Made by a program: the position numbers and the translations under genes. Shown piece by piece: positions 9,913 to 19,460 of a stretch of DNA of 64,000 nucleotides (within the stretch, counting starts at the first letter, position 1; every line of letters begins with the position of its first letter). Below the pieces are notes generated by a model. The model was not told where the DNA came from. It was given only the letters and a program-made list of their open reading frames with translations, and did not search any database. This stretch comes from an uncultured virus (IMG/VR IMGVR_UViG_2744054492_000006) (Duplodnaviria; Heunggongvirae; Uroviricota; Caudoviricetes): IMG/VR virus record IMGVR_UViG_2744054492_000006, one strand, 5' to 3'.

Positions 9913-10359
9913 TTAGTAGAACCAAAACACAATCCGGTCGGCGTTACACTCATTGAGGATACGCAATTCAGGAAAGAAGGCAGGGTCCAGGTATTTTCGA
10001 TATGTCGTTAGCAAGCCATGTCCTATCGGAACCGTATTACGCCCATCTCTTCGGTCCTCGATTTGCTGGTCATACTCAAACTCATTTAGCTCTCTGATCG
10101 AGATCCAGGAGGGCTCGCGTCCATCGGGTAACCATTCATTGTAGTTTTCTCGAATTTCGTTACTCACATCATCAGGGAGGCCACGAGGTTCTGAGATTGG
10201 CTTAATCTCTGAATAATTCGGAACTCCTGCAAGAAAGCTAAAAATGCGATAGCTCTTCCAACCGAACGGCGCATGATCTTCGAATAATTCGTCTCCATCA
10301 ATGGGCTCGTACCCTGATGAAGTCTTTCTTTCAGCCCAAGAAATGATGTCTATGCCCAT
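9913..10359 (-). CDS. Conserved phage hypothetical protein (MG.DI.. family) inserted after the tape measure gene
   Basis: MGIDIISWAE..YRIFSFLAGV..PRGLPDD..RIVFWF pattern typical of a widespread phage protein. Confidence 0.65.
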   Translation of the reverse strand: MGIDIISWAERKTSSGYEPIDGDELFEDHAPFGWKSYRIFSFLAGVPNYSEIKPISEPRGLPDDVSNEIRENYNEWLPDGREPSWISIRELNEFEYDQQIEDRRDGRNTVPIGHGLLTTYRKYLDPAFFPELRILNECNADRIVFWFY

Positions 10360-10446
10360 ATTGATCTTGTCTACCTTAGGTTGCCGTATCACCACACACA
10401 TCAATAACCAACAACCTGCCGGTTTCCAAATAACAAACGTTTTCTC

Positions 10447-12174
10447 TTATCTGTTGCGCCGCCCACGGCTCAAAGCATCAACCAGCATTCCAGAGAGTTG
10501 CCCCTGTGACTGGCGGAAGCTCTCAACATCAGGGGTTTGGATGTACTGATTGACCACCACACCGCGCTCAGAACCTCCAAAGGCGTCCTTGTTGGAAATG
10601 ATCTTGGCAGGCCCCAGAACCGGCTCAGGGCCGTTTTCTCCTGCAATGCCCCACTGCCCGGCACCAAGCACACCACCACCTGCGAAGAAGCCCTGAAACG
10701 TGCTCATGAGCGCCGTTGATAGGTTCGATTGCTGCGATGTTCCAAACATCCCGGCAAGTGGCCCTTGTCCCATAAAGGCAGCTTGTGCAGCCGCCTCTGC
10801 CAGCGTTGCCACCAGCCGCCCGGCTGCTGTGTCTGCGATCCCCAGAGCCTCAATAAATTGCGACATGGAATCCTGTGCCATCCCTCCAAGCAAACTCACA
10901 ACTTCATTGTGCTGCTTCTGCGCTTGGGTTTGCGCGTAGATCTCATCTGTAACTTTAATCAGCTCACGCCCCTGCTTGCTGGCAGCCTCCACCCCGGCAA
11001 GGCGCAGCGCATTGGCCCGCTTTTGTTCCTGTGCGTTCATGCTCAGCAGATCGCGCTCAAACTTAAGCTGCTCTAAAACACGGGCGTAAGGGTCCACCTT
11101 TGTCTTGGAAGACCCACCGCCCCCGCTGCTATCCGTTTTCTTGTCGGGAATGATTGTTGGTTTCTCAGTTTTCCGCCCACGACGACCACCACGCCGGGTT
11201 GGTCCTCCTGTAAAACCAGTGTGGCGTAACTGACGTTCGCTCTGAATACCTGCAAGGCGGGCGTTTACCGCATCAATTTGCTCTTGAATTTCAGCAATAC
11301 GGGCTTCATCACCAAGCGTTTGTGCAAGCGACAACTCACGGTTAAGCCCCGGCAACTTACGCGAAAATTCGACCTGCAAATCTTTTAGGGTTGGCTCTGC
11401 AACCGGTGTATTAAATGCAACGTCCATTGCATTGGCAGCGGCCAGAGTTGCCCGCTTTGCACCAATTTCAAAGGTGCGCCACATCTTGGCAAACTCATCA
11501 TCAATCTCTTCCGCCTTGCGCAGAAGCTTCTCTTCCAGAACCCCGCCCGCTTCATCCGCCTTGCCCATCAACTCATCAAGGCCCTTGGAACCGTTTTTGA
11601 GTGCCAGAACCAGCCCGGCCCCTTCCCGGTCAAACGCTTTAAAGCTCAGCAAAAGCCGCTCTTGTTCCGAGCTGGCGTTTTTGATCAGGTCTGCATATTC
11701 GCCCAATATCTGACTTTGGGTTTTCATCTTGCCGCTGGAATCGCGAAGCTGAACACCATTTGCTTTCAGGATCTCATAAAGAACGCCTGACCCGTTGGCA
11801 GCCTCACCAACACGCCGGGAAAAGCGTTGCAACGCTGTATCAGTCGTGCCAGCCGCAACACCAGTCAGCTCAAATCCATAGCGCATACGCTGCAGCTCAT
11901 CGGTCGTTACGCCCACTTTATCGGCAACCTTGGCAAGCTTGGAGCCTTCTGAAACGGCGCTTTTTATTGCAGCTGTCAACTTGGCAACCGTAGCTGCCGC
12001 AGCTGCTGCCGGGAGAAACCGAATTGCCCCCATAGATTTACCAAGTGATCCCATATCCATGTTGAGCAACTTGGTTTCCCGGCGCGTCTTTTGTAACTCG
12101 CGCCGGTTCCGTTCAAAGGTTGCACGGGATTTATCATTGGCCCGCACGTTGTAGACAAGATCCGGCACGGTCAT
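10447..12174 (-). CDS. Tail tape measure protein
   Basis: Ala-rich helical protein between chaperones and distal tail; C-terminal GFFAGGG..GIAGENGPE. Confidence 0.88.
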   Translation of the reverse strand: MTVPDLVYNVRANDKSRATFERNRRELQKTRRETKLLNMDMGSLGKSMGAIRFLPAAAAAATVAKLTAAIKSAVSEGSKLAKVADKVGVTTDELQRMRYGFELTGVAAGTTDTALQRFSRRVGEAANGSGVLYEILKANGVQLRDSSGKMKTQSQILGEYADLIKNASSEQERLLLSFKAFDREGAGLVLALKNGSKGLDELMGKADEAGGVLEEKLLRKAEEIDDEFAKMWRTFEIGAKRATLAAANAMDVAFNTPVAEPTLKDLQVEFSRKLPGLNRELSLAQTLGDEARIAEIQEQIDAVNARLAGIQSERQLRHTGFTGGPTRRGGRRGRKTEKPTIIPDKKTDSSGGGGSSKTKVDPYARVLEQLKFERDLLSMNAQEQKRANALRLAGVEAASKQGRELIKVTDEIYAQTQAQKQHNEVVSLLGGMAQDSMSQFIEALGIADTAAGRLVATLAEAAAQAAFMGQGPLAGMFGTSQQSNLSTALMSTFQGFFAGGGVLGAGQWGIAGENGPEPVLGPAKIISNKDAFGGSERGVVVNQYIQTPDVESFRQSQGQLSGMLVDALSRGRRNR

Positions 12175-12320
12175 GAGTTAGGCTCCCCGGCAATTTTTAG
12201 ATAAATAGACCATTCTAAAATCTCAGGTTCCGGCCAGTCTTCAAGATCCGCAACCCGCATGTGTAAGCGATCCGCAAGCCGAAATAAGAACATGCGCCAC
12301 GGATCGCCTCTTAGTTTTTT
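12171..12320 (-). CDS. C-terminal part of the tail assembly chaperone G-T product (-1 frameshift)
   Basis: A AAA AAC slippery heptamer before TAA; -1 frame reads KLRGDPWRMFLFRLADRLHMRVADLEDWPEPEILEWSIYL.. and its stop overlaps the TMP start (ATGA). Confidence 0.8.
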   Translation of the reverse strand, partial: KKLRGDPWRMFLFRLADRLHMRVADLEDWPEPEILEWSIYLKIAGEPNS

Positions 12321-12646
12321 TCAATTTCCCTGGCATCGCATGGGCCAAGCATCTGCACCGCAATCCGGCCAATAATCGCGCCATCGGCTTCCGTTAAAAG
12401 CTTGTGTTTGTCATCGGCATTAAAGAGCTTTTCGCCGTTTTCATCTTGTGCTTTCATCACAAGCACATCCACAAAGGCTTCCGGGTCCAGCCCCTCATTT
12501 TCGTCATTCACGCGCTTACGCTGGTTTGGGGTCATCGGGTCATAAAAGAGTTTAAAAGCCTCGCCTTTTTCACCCCATTCCGGCACCTCGATAATCTGGT
12601 TTTTCGCCCGCTTGTAATGGCTCTTCACACGTTCAATCGCACGCAT
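12311..12646 (-). CDS. Tail assembly chaperone (gpG-like)
   Basis: VPEWG..DENGEKLF motif, located between tail tube and TMP. Confidence 0.85.
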   Translation of the reverse strand: MRAIERVKSHYKRAKNQIIEVPEWGEKGEAFKLFYDPMTPNQRKRVNDENEGLDPEAFVDVLVMKAQDENGEKLFNADDKHKLLTEADGAIIGRIAVQMLGPCDAREIEKN

Positions 12647-12732
12647 CTTTTTAAGGTCCTTGTCTCTGCGCTAAACAAAAAGGCAGCCTGCACAAACAGA
12701 CTGCCCCTCTCACTTCACTGGAAGAGGCGGAG

Positions 12733-13125
12733 TTAAGCCACGGCCTCTTCTGTCAATGGGCCGTTGCCGGTAAACTCAAAGGTCATATCAATGGTTTCCG
12801 CACGGCCCTGCGCATGCTGCACGCTGGTAACCGTTGCCGTGCCGGAGGCGTAGGTTTCACCGCTCTCATTGCCGCTGTAATAAAGGTGCAACACCACAGA
12901 AGCCCCGGCGCTAAGCTCAGCCTGCCCCGTGTCGCCTTTCACCCGCTTGGCGCTGATAGAACCAGACCAGCGTTTTGGTGCGCCTTCCAAGTGGGTTTCC
13001 CACTCTTCACCCATCGCCGTTGCATCTGAGATTGGCGCTTCTACCGAAAGGTTGAAGCTTTGAACCTTGGCGACATCCTCACCGCCAGCAGTCACACTGC
13101 CCTTATTGCCGTGAATTAAAGGCAT
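12733..13125 (-). CDS. Major tail tube protein
   Basis: WSGSI..GTATVTS..FEFTGNGPL tail-tube pattern and position. Confidence 0.8.
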   Translation of the reverse strand: MPLIHGNKGSVTAGGEDVAKVQSFNLSVEAPISDATAMGEEWETHLEGAPKRWSGSISAKRVKGDTGQAELSAGASVVLHLYYSGNESGETYASGTATVTSVQHAQGRAETIDMTFEFTGNGPLTEEAVA

Positions 13126-13186
13126 GCTCTGTTCTCCTGAATTGTTGGAAAGTTAGTTCTTCAGCCGCACGCTTAAGCGCGGCTAC

Positions 13187-13232
13187 CGTGTATCGCCGAA
13201 AAGTGGGTACCGGTTTTCAGATGAAGATACGC
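13187..13232. repeat. Rhizobiales-type short palindromic intergenic element
   Basis: CGTGTATCGCCGAAAAGTGGGTACCGGTTTTCAGATGAAGATACGC resembles the CCGAAAAGTG..CGGTTTTC palindromic repeats of rhizobia. Confidence 0.55.
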
Positions 13233-13240
13233 AAGCAACT

Positions 13241-13690
13241 TTAGTGCGGGATTTCCGGGTCATTCTCCGGGGCAATGGCTAGCGCCATATACCGCAATGT
13301 CAAAATCCCTTGGCGCTTCTCGCCCCGGTCCCGGCGCGTTGCTATATCCAGATTGGTTGACTGCAGGTATAGCTCTTTCACCAAGCCACCTAAGAAGCCG
13401 CTGCCCGCGAGTGCGGTTTCAACTTCCACCGCAATTTGGTCCAGCTCATCATCAAAGCCTTTGCCATCGGCCGTGGCTTCAACAGTGACGCTCATTTGCC
13501 GTTCAATGTCGCGGTCTGCACCCATTTCCGCAGGCTGGCTTTGTTCATCCAGCACATAGACAAGCAGCGCAGGCAGCCGCTTGTGATCCAGCGGAAAGGT
13601 GCGCGTGACAAAGCAGCGATCTTCTGTAGAAGGAAGCCCTTTTAAAGCCGCCTCTACAGCATCGCGCACCTGCGTTCTTATGTGTGCCAT
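13241..13690 (-). CDS. Tail terminator / completion protein
   Basis: MAHIRTQVRDAV..LPALLVY..DDELDQIAVEVE; position after head-tail joining gene. Confidence 0.75.
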   Translation of the reverse strand: MAHIRTQVRDAVEAALKGLPSTEDRCFVTRTFPLDHKRLPALLVYVLDEQSQPAEMGADRDIERQMSVTVEATADGKGFDDELDQIAVEVETALAGSGFLGGLVKELYLQSTNLDIATRRDRGEKRQGILTLRYMALAIAPENDPEIPH

Positions 13691-13698
13691 GGCTGCCC

Positions 13699-14010
13699 CT
13701 ATTCGCGCTCTAGCAGGATCTGGCTTAAGCCTGCCCCGTCACTCATGGGGCTGCTTGCCGCCGTGAAGCGTTGCCCGTCAATCAGCAGCTCTGCACCCTC
13801 GCCAAACTCTGCCGGAATATCTGAGCCCTTCACCGCAAACACTGGTTTGGAAGTGAGCATGCCAACTTCACCAAAGGAGGTTTCCTCCCCCTCATTGGTA
13901 AAGATCCCGGTGAGGTGCCCGGTGTCCCCGTTCTGCAGCGCGTAGGTTGCCGTTGTTGCAAACTCATCAGTGCGCAGCATCTCATTCAGATCATCGTCAA
14001 AATCAATCAT
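13699..14010 (-). CDS. Head-tail joining protein (gpFII-like)
   Basis: Small acidic beta-rich protein with DEFA and DG.G motifs; synteny. Confidence 0.7.
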   Translation of the reverse strand: MIDFDDDLNEMLRTDEFATTATYALQNGDTGHLTGIFTNEGEETSFGEVGMLTSKPVFAVKGSDIPAEFGEGAELLIDGQRFTAASSPMSDGAGLSQILLERE

Positions 14011-14150
14011 TGCCGCTTCACCATTGTTTGCCCGCCCGGCACACCAACCGCCCGGTTAACACGGGCACTGCCCATCACCCGCGCAAGCTCTTTGGGTGTG
14101 AGTGGTTTGGGTGGTTTCAAGCTGGTGGTGCTCTGTAGTTCTTTTTTCAC
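14007..14150 (-). CDS. 47-aa small ORF not in the ORF track
   Basis: GTG start after GGAG/GAGG; MKKELQSTTSLKPPKPLTPKELARVMGSARV..KRQ; stop overlaps next ATG (ATGA). Confidence 0.5.
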   Translation of the reverse strand: MKKELQSTTSLKPPKPLTPKELARVMGSARVNRAVGVPGGQTMVKRQ

Positions 14151-14178
14151 TGGTAAATCCTCGTCTCCAAGGGCCAAC

Positions 14179-14208
14179 GAAAAACGGGAGGCTCAGCCCC
14201 CCGTTTTC
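14179..14208 (-). terminator. Hairpin terminator after the capsid-associated gene
   Basis: GAAAAACGGGAGGC-TCA-GCCCCCCGTTTTC inverted repeat. Confidence 0.5.
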
Positions 14209-14228
14209 TTCTCATATGAGCCGGGGTT

Positions 14229-14432
14229 TTAGTCCCCGGCTGGTTCGTCTTCTTCTTTTGGCTTTTCTCCCACCTTAGCCTTGCCAACCCGCCTTGTGGT
14301 TGTTTCCGCTTTTTTCATATTGATCAGGAATTTTGCATCCTTTTCAGAAGCGTTCACCACATCACCCGGCGCAACCGGTTCACCACCGCAAACCGTGCGT
14401 TTTAAAATTTCAATCTTCATCTTTGCAGCCAT
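14229..14432 (-). CDS. Small capsid-associated hypothetical protein (start MAAKMK)
   Basis: Post-capsid position; GDVV..A..LI..KKA pattern. Confidence 0.6.
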   Translation of the reverse strand: MAAKMKIEILKRTVCGGEPVAPGDVVNASEKDAKFLINMKKAETTTRRVGKAKVGEKPKEEDEPAGD

Positions 14433-14517
14433 GATCTGCCCTCTTGAGAGTTGATAAGAATATGAGAAGTCCAAATAAAAACAGCCGGGCGAACCGGCTG
14501 CTTAACTGGCGTAAAGC

Positions 14518-16365
14518 TTAAGCTTTGAAGGAGTGACAGAAGCTCTGCGGGTGACGCACTGCAAAATCTACATCCTGCATGGCAACCACGCGCACGGTCC
14601 CGCTGGTGGATTGGGTAAACGGATCAACCGTCAGGTCTACGCCCGTCCAAAGCGCAATCAGAAGATCCGCCCAGTTGCCAAAGAAGCCGTTGTGATCCAG
14701 CACCTGATTAGAAATACCGGTGTTGTAACCGTTCACCGTGTTGCCCTGTTCCCAGATAAACTGCGCAGTCCCTGCAGCTTTTTCCGTGGTCTTGAACGAT
14801 CCACGCATCGCAGCATTGAGGACATAGCCCAAGGCTCCAATGTCTGCATCATCCGTTGCAACAGCCGTTTCCATTGCAACCACTTCTTCAAATGTTGGAG
14901 CATTCGCCGCAAAGGTTGTGGAGTTAATGCCAGTGGTGGCAGCGATCCCCTTTGGAGTTTCACCTGAGCCATCACTGTGCAGCGCCGCCCGGCTGATCTC
15001 CAAACCAATCACCCGCGCCAGATCATCACGCACCATGGCTTCCACATCCAGCGAGGATTGAATGAGAAGTCTGCGGGAATAGTCGGTAAACGCACCCAGA
15101 GTATGCGGGCTTAGTTCGATCTGATCAAAAGCCTCTGCGCTTTTGGTTACATCATCGCTTTCACCTACCCAATAGGCGGTGGCTCCACCTACCATACGTG
15201 GGATCTTAAAGTTGCCCTCTAGGTCATGCAGCATGCGGGCGCCCATGCCCATCACAACTGCACGCTTGCGCAGCAACTCAACAAAGCTGCTTGCAAGCAG
15301 GTTATCAGAAACCAGAGCACCACCTGCCCCGATTGTGCCCGTTGACAGGTTGCGGGTTTGCCCGCTCATATCCGCCCGCATTACATCAGAAGGAACAAGA
15401 ATACCTTCCCCCTGCTTGCCGCGTTTCTTGCCAGCCTCTTCCGAGCATTCAAACTCGAACTTAGCAGCTTCACGGTACTGCGCATTAGTCGGATTTCCCA
15501 AAGCATTCAAAGCACGCACAAATGAGAATTGCTTGCGTTCTTTTTGGCTCAAACCAATATCCGCAGCACCGGAGATTTTCTCCTGCCCGCGCTCGCCTTG
15601 AAGCATCAGGACTTTGGTTGAAAAGTCACCTGCAGACATACCGGAGCGGATCGCTTCCGCCGCAATGTCCCGGCAATTCCATTCGGCCGCAGTCGCCTCA
15701 ATTTCGCGAATGCGTTTGGCCTCATCCTCCGCCGTTTTACTGCGGATCTGTGCCAGCTCTTCTTCAGAAGGGCCGGTCTTTGGATTTTCAATATCAAGTG
15801 GTGCGGGCATTGCTGCAGCCTTTCTTTCAAGTGCAATGGAAACAACAGCCCCCTCAGGCTTTGACCGACCAACACCAACAGACGGATCTGCCGGGACTGA
15901 GACGATTGAGATTTCATGAGGGGTCCAACGGGTGATGCGATAGACGTTTAAGTCATCGTCATGCTCTTCTTCCAAACGGGCTTTGTGGATCTGATAACCA
16001 ACAGAAACATTGGTTAGCTCTCCATCTAAAACGCGCTGTTTGATCTCTTGAGCCCGCTCTGATTTGCCAAAGCGAACCCAAGCCCGGCCTTTGCCGTTCT
16101 TGATCTCCACGCGTTCAATCACGCCCACCTGATTTTCTACCGTTGCGCGGTGATCAATCAGCAGGGGCGCACGCCCGCTTCCAATGAAATCAAGGTCAAT
16201 CTCTGCTTCATCGTGACCAAGAATTTCAACGCCCCAATAGGTGCGAATGGGTGCATCACTGGAAAACGAAAGCTCTAAAAGGTCTTCTTCCGCGCCCTCG
16301 CTAGCGCGCACGAAAACACCCTGCCGGAACAACCGCTCCGGCAGCTTCAATTCATGTGTTGGCAT
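14518..16365 (-). CDS. Prohead protease-major capsid fusion protein (HK97 fold)
   Basis: N-terminal PLLIDH..VSVGY..EISIVSVPAD protease; C-terminal GGALV..AYWVGE..FAVRHPQSF capsid. Confidence 0.92.
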   Translation of the reverse strand: MPTHELKLPERLFRQGVFVRASEGAEEDLLELSFSSDAPIRTYWGVEILGHDEAEIDLDFIGSGRAPLLIDHRATVENQVGVIERVEIKNGKGRAWVRFGKSERAQEIKQRVLDGELTNVSVGYQIHKARLEEEHDDDLNVYRITRWTPHEISIVSVPADPSVGVGRSKPEGAVVSIALERKAAAMPAPLDIENPKTGPSEEELAQIRSKTAEDEAKRIREIEATAAEWNCRDIAAEAIRSGMSAGDFSTKVLMLQGERGQEKISGAADIGLSQKERKQFSFVRALNALGNPTNAQYREAAKFEFECSEEAGKKRGKQGEGILVPSDVMRADMSGQTRNLSTGTIGAGGALVSDNLLASSFVELLRKRAVVMGMGARMLHDLEGNFKIPRMVGGATAYWVGESDDVTKSAEAFDQIELSPHTLGAFTDYSRRLLIQSSLDVEAMVRDDLARVIGLEISRAALHSDGSGETPKGIAATTGINSTTFAANAPTFEEVVAMETAVATDDADIGALGYVLNAAMRGSFKTTEKAAGTAQFIWEQGNTVNGYNTGISNQVLDHNGFFGNWADLLIALWTGVDLTVDPFTQSTSGTVRVVAMQDVDFAVRHPQSFCHSFKA

Positions 16366-16372
16366 GGTGTGT

Positions 16373-17932
16373 TTAGTCCTCGATGGGTGGCTGTTTTTCA
16401 GCAGGCGGAACCGCTTTCATGAAGGCAGAAAGCACCGCCTCAAGATCTATGCCGCGATCTCTGGCAAGTGCCCTTGCTTCTTCAAAATCGTCATAGATAT
16501 CTTCAAGAGTGCGCCCACGCTCTGCAGCCACTTCCTGCGGGCTTTTAATGCGCGATTCCATGTTGGTTCTGTTGGCCGCCGCATCGTCTTTTGGATTAAC
16601 TGACTGCCAGCCCCGGCCAGTCCATTCCACCGCCTCAAACCGTGAAAGATCTGTCATAGGCAAACGCACTTGCCCGCTCAGCATCGCCATGCGCAACCAG
16701 TCGGGAAAGAGAGAACCGCAGTAATGATCTGCAAGCCAGCCCTGCAGCACGCCCCATTGTTCGCGCTCTTCACCAAGCCCGGCCCGCAAGGAAGAAAAGT
16801 TGGCTTTCTCCAAGTCGCTGGACAAAGACGAATAAGCCACATCAAGCCCCGCACACACACCGCGCAGCATGATCTTGATGAAAGGTTCCATCTCCCCACT
16901 TGGATAGGCCGGGTCAAAAGCTTTGAAGTCATAGCCCTGTGGCAGCTCTTCCAAAACACCAGCTTCCATTTCTTCAAGCCGGGGCCGTTCCTGCTCATCA
17001 AAGAACTCTTCTTCTTCTACGTCTTCCGCCTCACCATTGGTCCCGGCCGCCTGACCACCGCCTAACTCTTCATCCGGGTCGGCATCTGCAGAGCGGGTGT
17101 AAAAGCCCATCTTCTGCGCACCATAAACAGCGTTCGCAAGGGCTGCGTCTTCAAAGCTGTTCATTTGCGCCAAGCGCCGCAAAGCCGTGTGCGCCCATGG
17201 AACACCAATCACCGGGGCAGTTTGATCAAAGGGCAGATAAAGGTGCACGATCTCTTCTGCAGGAATGCGAATGCGCTCCCCACGGCCACCGTAATAAGAG
17301 CGGTTGTGTTTAAACATGTGATAGGCAACCGGGCGATCCACCGCGTTACATTCCACCCCGGCAAGGATGTAATGCCCGTGGTCCAGCTCTTTGTTTAACT
17401 CCACATCCAGCATGGTGATATCAAGGTGCTGGATCTGGAAACCAAACGGACCGAACTCCGGGCCAATGTATTTGCGGGCAAGAAAGTTCCCATCACGGGC
17501 AGCGGCTGTAAGTGCAATACGCTGGCTATCAGCAAAAGAGAACTTACCGCAGGTGGTGCAGATCCCCTTGCGGCTCCATTCAAGGAAACCGTCGCGGATA
17601 AGCTTGTTGCTGTCCCGGTCCAGATTGCCATCCCCAAGCCGGGCAACCGGCTTAATCTGCAAGCCATTGCGGCCCACAACATTGCGCCGCAAATGAGAGT
17701 AAAAGCCTTTCAGGTAATCGTTGTTCTGGCTTTGCTCCCTGCTATGGGAAACCAGCCCCAACAAGTCTTCCTGGGCATCGCGCATCAAGGATGAATTGAG
17801 CCCCATCAACTTGAACTTTACAAGACGATCCGGGCGGGCCGCTTTGTATTTTCGCACCGCCCCGCCCGGCTGTTTAACAGGCAGCTCTGCAGGCTTGTTA
17901 TGTCTGCCAAAAAATCTTGCAAATGCACCCAT
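16373..17932 (-). CDS. Portal protein, lambda family
   Basis: GVE..RPVAYH, RIPAEEIVHL and ANFSSLRAGL motifs. Confidence 0.92.
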   Translation of the reverse strand: MGAFARFFGRHNKPAELPVKQPGGAVRKYKAARPDRLVKFKLMGLNSSLMRDAQEDLLGLVSHSREQSQNNDYLKGFYSHLRRNVVGRNGLQIKPVARLGDGNLDRDSNKLIRDGFLEWSRKGICTTCGKFSFADSQRIALTAAARDGNFLARKYIGPEFGPFGFQIQHLDITMLDVELNKELDHGHYILAGVECNAVDRPVAYHMFKHNRSYYGGRGERIRIPAEEIVHLYLPFDQTAPVIGVPWAHTALRRLAQMNSFEDAALANAVYGAQKMGFYTRSADADPDEELGGGQAAGTNGEAEDVEEEEFFDEQERPRLEEMEAGVLEELPQGYDFKAFDPAYPSGEMEPFIKIMLRGVCAGLDVAYSSLSSDLEKANFSSLRAGLGEEREQWGVLQGWLADHYCGSLFPDWLRMAMLSGQVRLPMTDLSRFEAVEWTGRGWQSVNPKDDAAANRTNMESRIKSPQEVAAERGRTLEDIYDDFEEARALARDRGIDLEAVLSAFMKAVPPAEKQPPIED

Positions 17933-18510
17933 TATTTAAACTCCACCTTCCTCAAACGGTGACTGCCCCGGCCCGTGCGCTTGCGGTCTTCTATTCTGAC
18001 CAGCTTGCGGTAGTGGGTGTGCCAGTCGGCAAGCTCTTTTGGGGTGAGCTTTGTCAGCTTACGGCCCGCAATTTCATAGGAAGCAACACCAGACTTTGCG
18101 CGGCCTTCCAGCAGCGCTTCAATCTGTTCCAGCATGCGCCGGTTATGGCTGCGCAGGTCTATGGCGTCCCCGCTTGCCAGATCCGGCAAAACCTCAAACC
18201 GGCCGCTGCCCACGGTCTTCCGCGCCCCATCACTCTTGCGCGTAATAAACGCCGCCCACTGGTAAGCCCCGGAGGTCCATGTTGAGCTATCATCACCTGA
18301 GATAGATACTAAAAAACCGCCATTTTCGGCGGTTGCTGTAAACTCGATTTTTTCCGGGGCTTCCCCTTCCAATGTTCCCACATAGGAAAGCGTGAGATCA
18401 TCAGGCGGGAAGTCTCGCGCCAGATCATCCCGCCGCCAAGAGACAAAGTCGCCTGCCCGTAGCCTCGACGGTTCGCAGCTTAAAGGCTCTTCAAATCCAC
18501 TTACTGCCAT
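17932..18510 (-). CDS. Head completion protein (gpW-like C-terminus)
   Basis: IEALLEGRA..SYEIAGRKL motif between terL and portal. Confidence 0.7.
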   Translation of the reverse strand: MAVSGFEEPLSCEPSRLRAGDFVSWRRDDLARDFPPDDLTLSYVGTLEGEAPEKIEFTATAENGGFLVSISGDDSSTWTSGAYQWAAFITRKSDGARKTVGSGRFEVLPDLASGDAIDLRSHNRRMLEQIEALLEGRAKSGVASYEIAGRKLTKLTPKELADWHTHYRKLVRIEDRKRTGRGSHRLRKVEFK

Positions 18511-18611
18511 GCATCACCCTCGCCGCTGTTTTATACAAAGCGTTATGCTAAGTTCTTGAAACCTATTCATCTTGACCTCCGCACATTTCCCTCAAAAGAT
18601 CGTCATATTTC

Positions 18612-19451
18612 ATGCAGCCAGAAAACTTAAACGAACTAGAGAAAGAGCTAACGATCCTTGACCTCGTTTGGTCGATGATCAATGAGACAGTTAATTGGTC
18701 GATTTTCGAAAAGGGGCTAAACTATCAGAATGATAAGTTGACGATCAGAAGCTGGAATGAGCAACGATTATTTGCAATCTTGTTTCGAGATTTTCTTAGC
18801 ATTGCGAGAGTGGATAGCAAGAACAACCTCTTTAATCTTCCTCACCTCCCAGCACAAAATGGCTCCTACCTCGATTATCTCGAACATGTGTGCAAGGCCC
18901 CTCAAATTGGCAACGCAACAAATTTGCTGAATATCACGATGAAGTTCAAAAGCTGGCTTTCTGCCGAACTCAATTATCCCAAGGATTTACTTCATCACAT
19001 GCAAGCAAAAAATGATCTAAAAATAAGCAGATACAGATTGTTCCGCATGATAGGAGATGGGCAGAAACATGGTATAGCAGGACTATCAATTTCGGTTTCA
19101 CAGTTCGAGAAAGCACTTAAGAACAGCAATATTGAAAGCGACCACCCATATTACGACTTCCAAGAGTTTACTGACATGGCATTTGACGACTTTTTCAATT
19201 ACCATTGTCAATCAACAGTTCCTCATTTCTTAATTTCAGTTCGCAGAGAAATTTATCTATACTTGAGAGCATTCGTCCTCTCTCACAAATACAGCGATGG
19301 CGCTGGTCAATGGCGCTGGCCCTATAAATTTCCCAAAGAAGTAACCTCGCAGATAGGAAAAGGCGTATTTCACTCCATCACCTATAAGTTCACATCAGCT
19401 CCTGATCCATTTTCATTTAGTCCTCATCCTGTTTTCTGGAAACGCAAATAA
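18612..19451 (+). CDS. Hypothetical protein, AT-rich antisense moron
   Basis: 279-aa ORF filling the terL-gpW gap on the opposite strand. Confidence 0.75.
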   Translation: MQPENLNELEKELTILDLVWSMINETVNWSIFEKGLNYQNDKLTIRSWNEQRLFAILFRDFLSIARVDSKNNLFNLPHLPAQNGSYLDYLEHVCKAPQIGNATNLLNITMKFKSWLSAELNYPKDLLHHMQAKNDLKISRYRLFRMIGDGQKHGIAGLSISVSQFEKALKNSNIESDHPYYDFQEFTDMAFDDFFNYHCQSTVPHFLISVRREIYLYLRAFVLSHKYSDGAGQWRWPYKFPKEVTSQIGKGVFHSITYKFTSAPDPFSFSPHPVFWKRK

Positions 19452-19460
19452 CTTAGGATC

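Noticed and set aside
10600..10700. Similarity between the C-termini of the two tape measure proteins as evidence of recent recombination
   Set aside because: GFFA.GG..G.WGIAGE is a widespread TMP motif, and no extended nucleotide identity is apparent.
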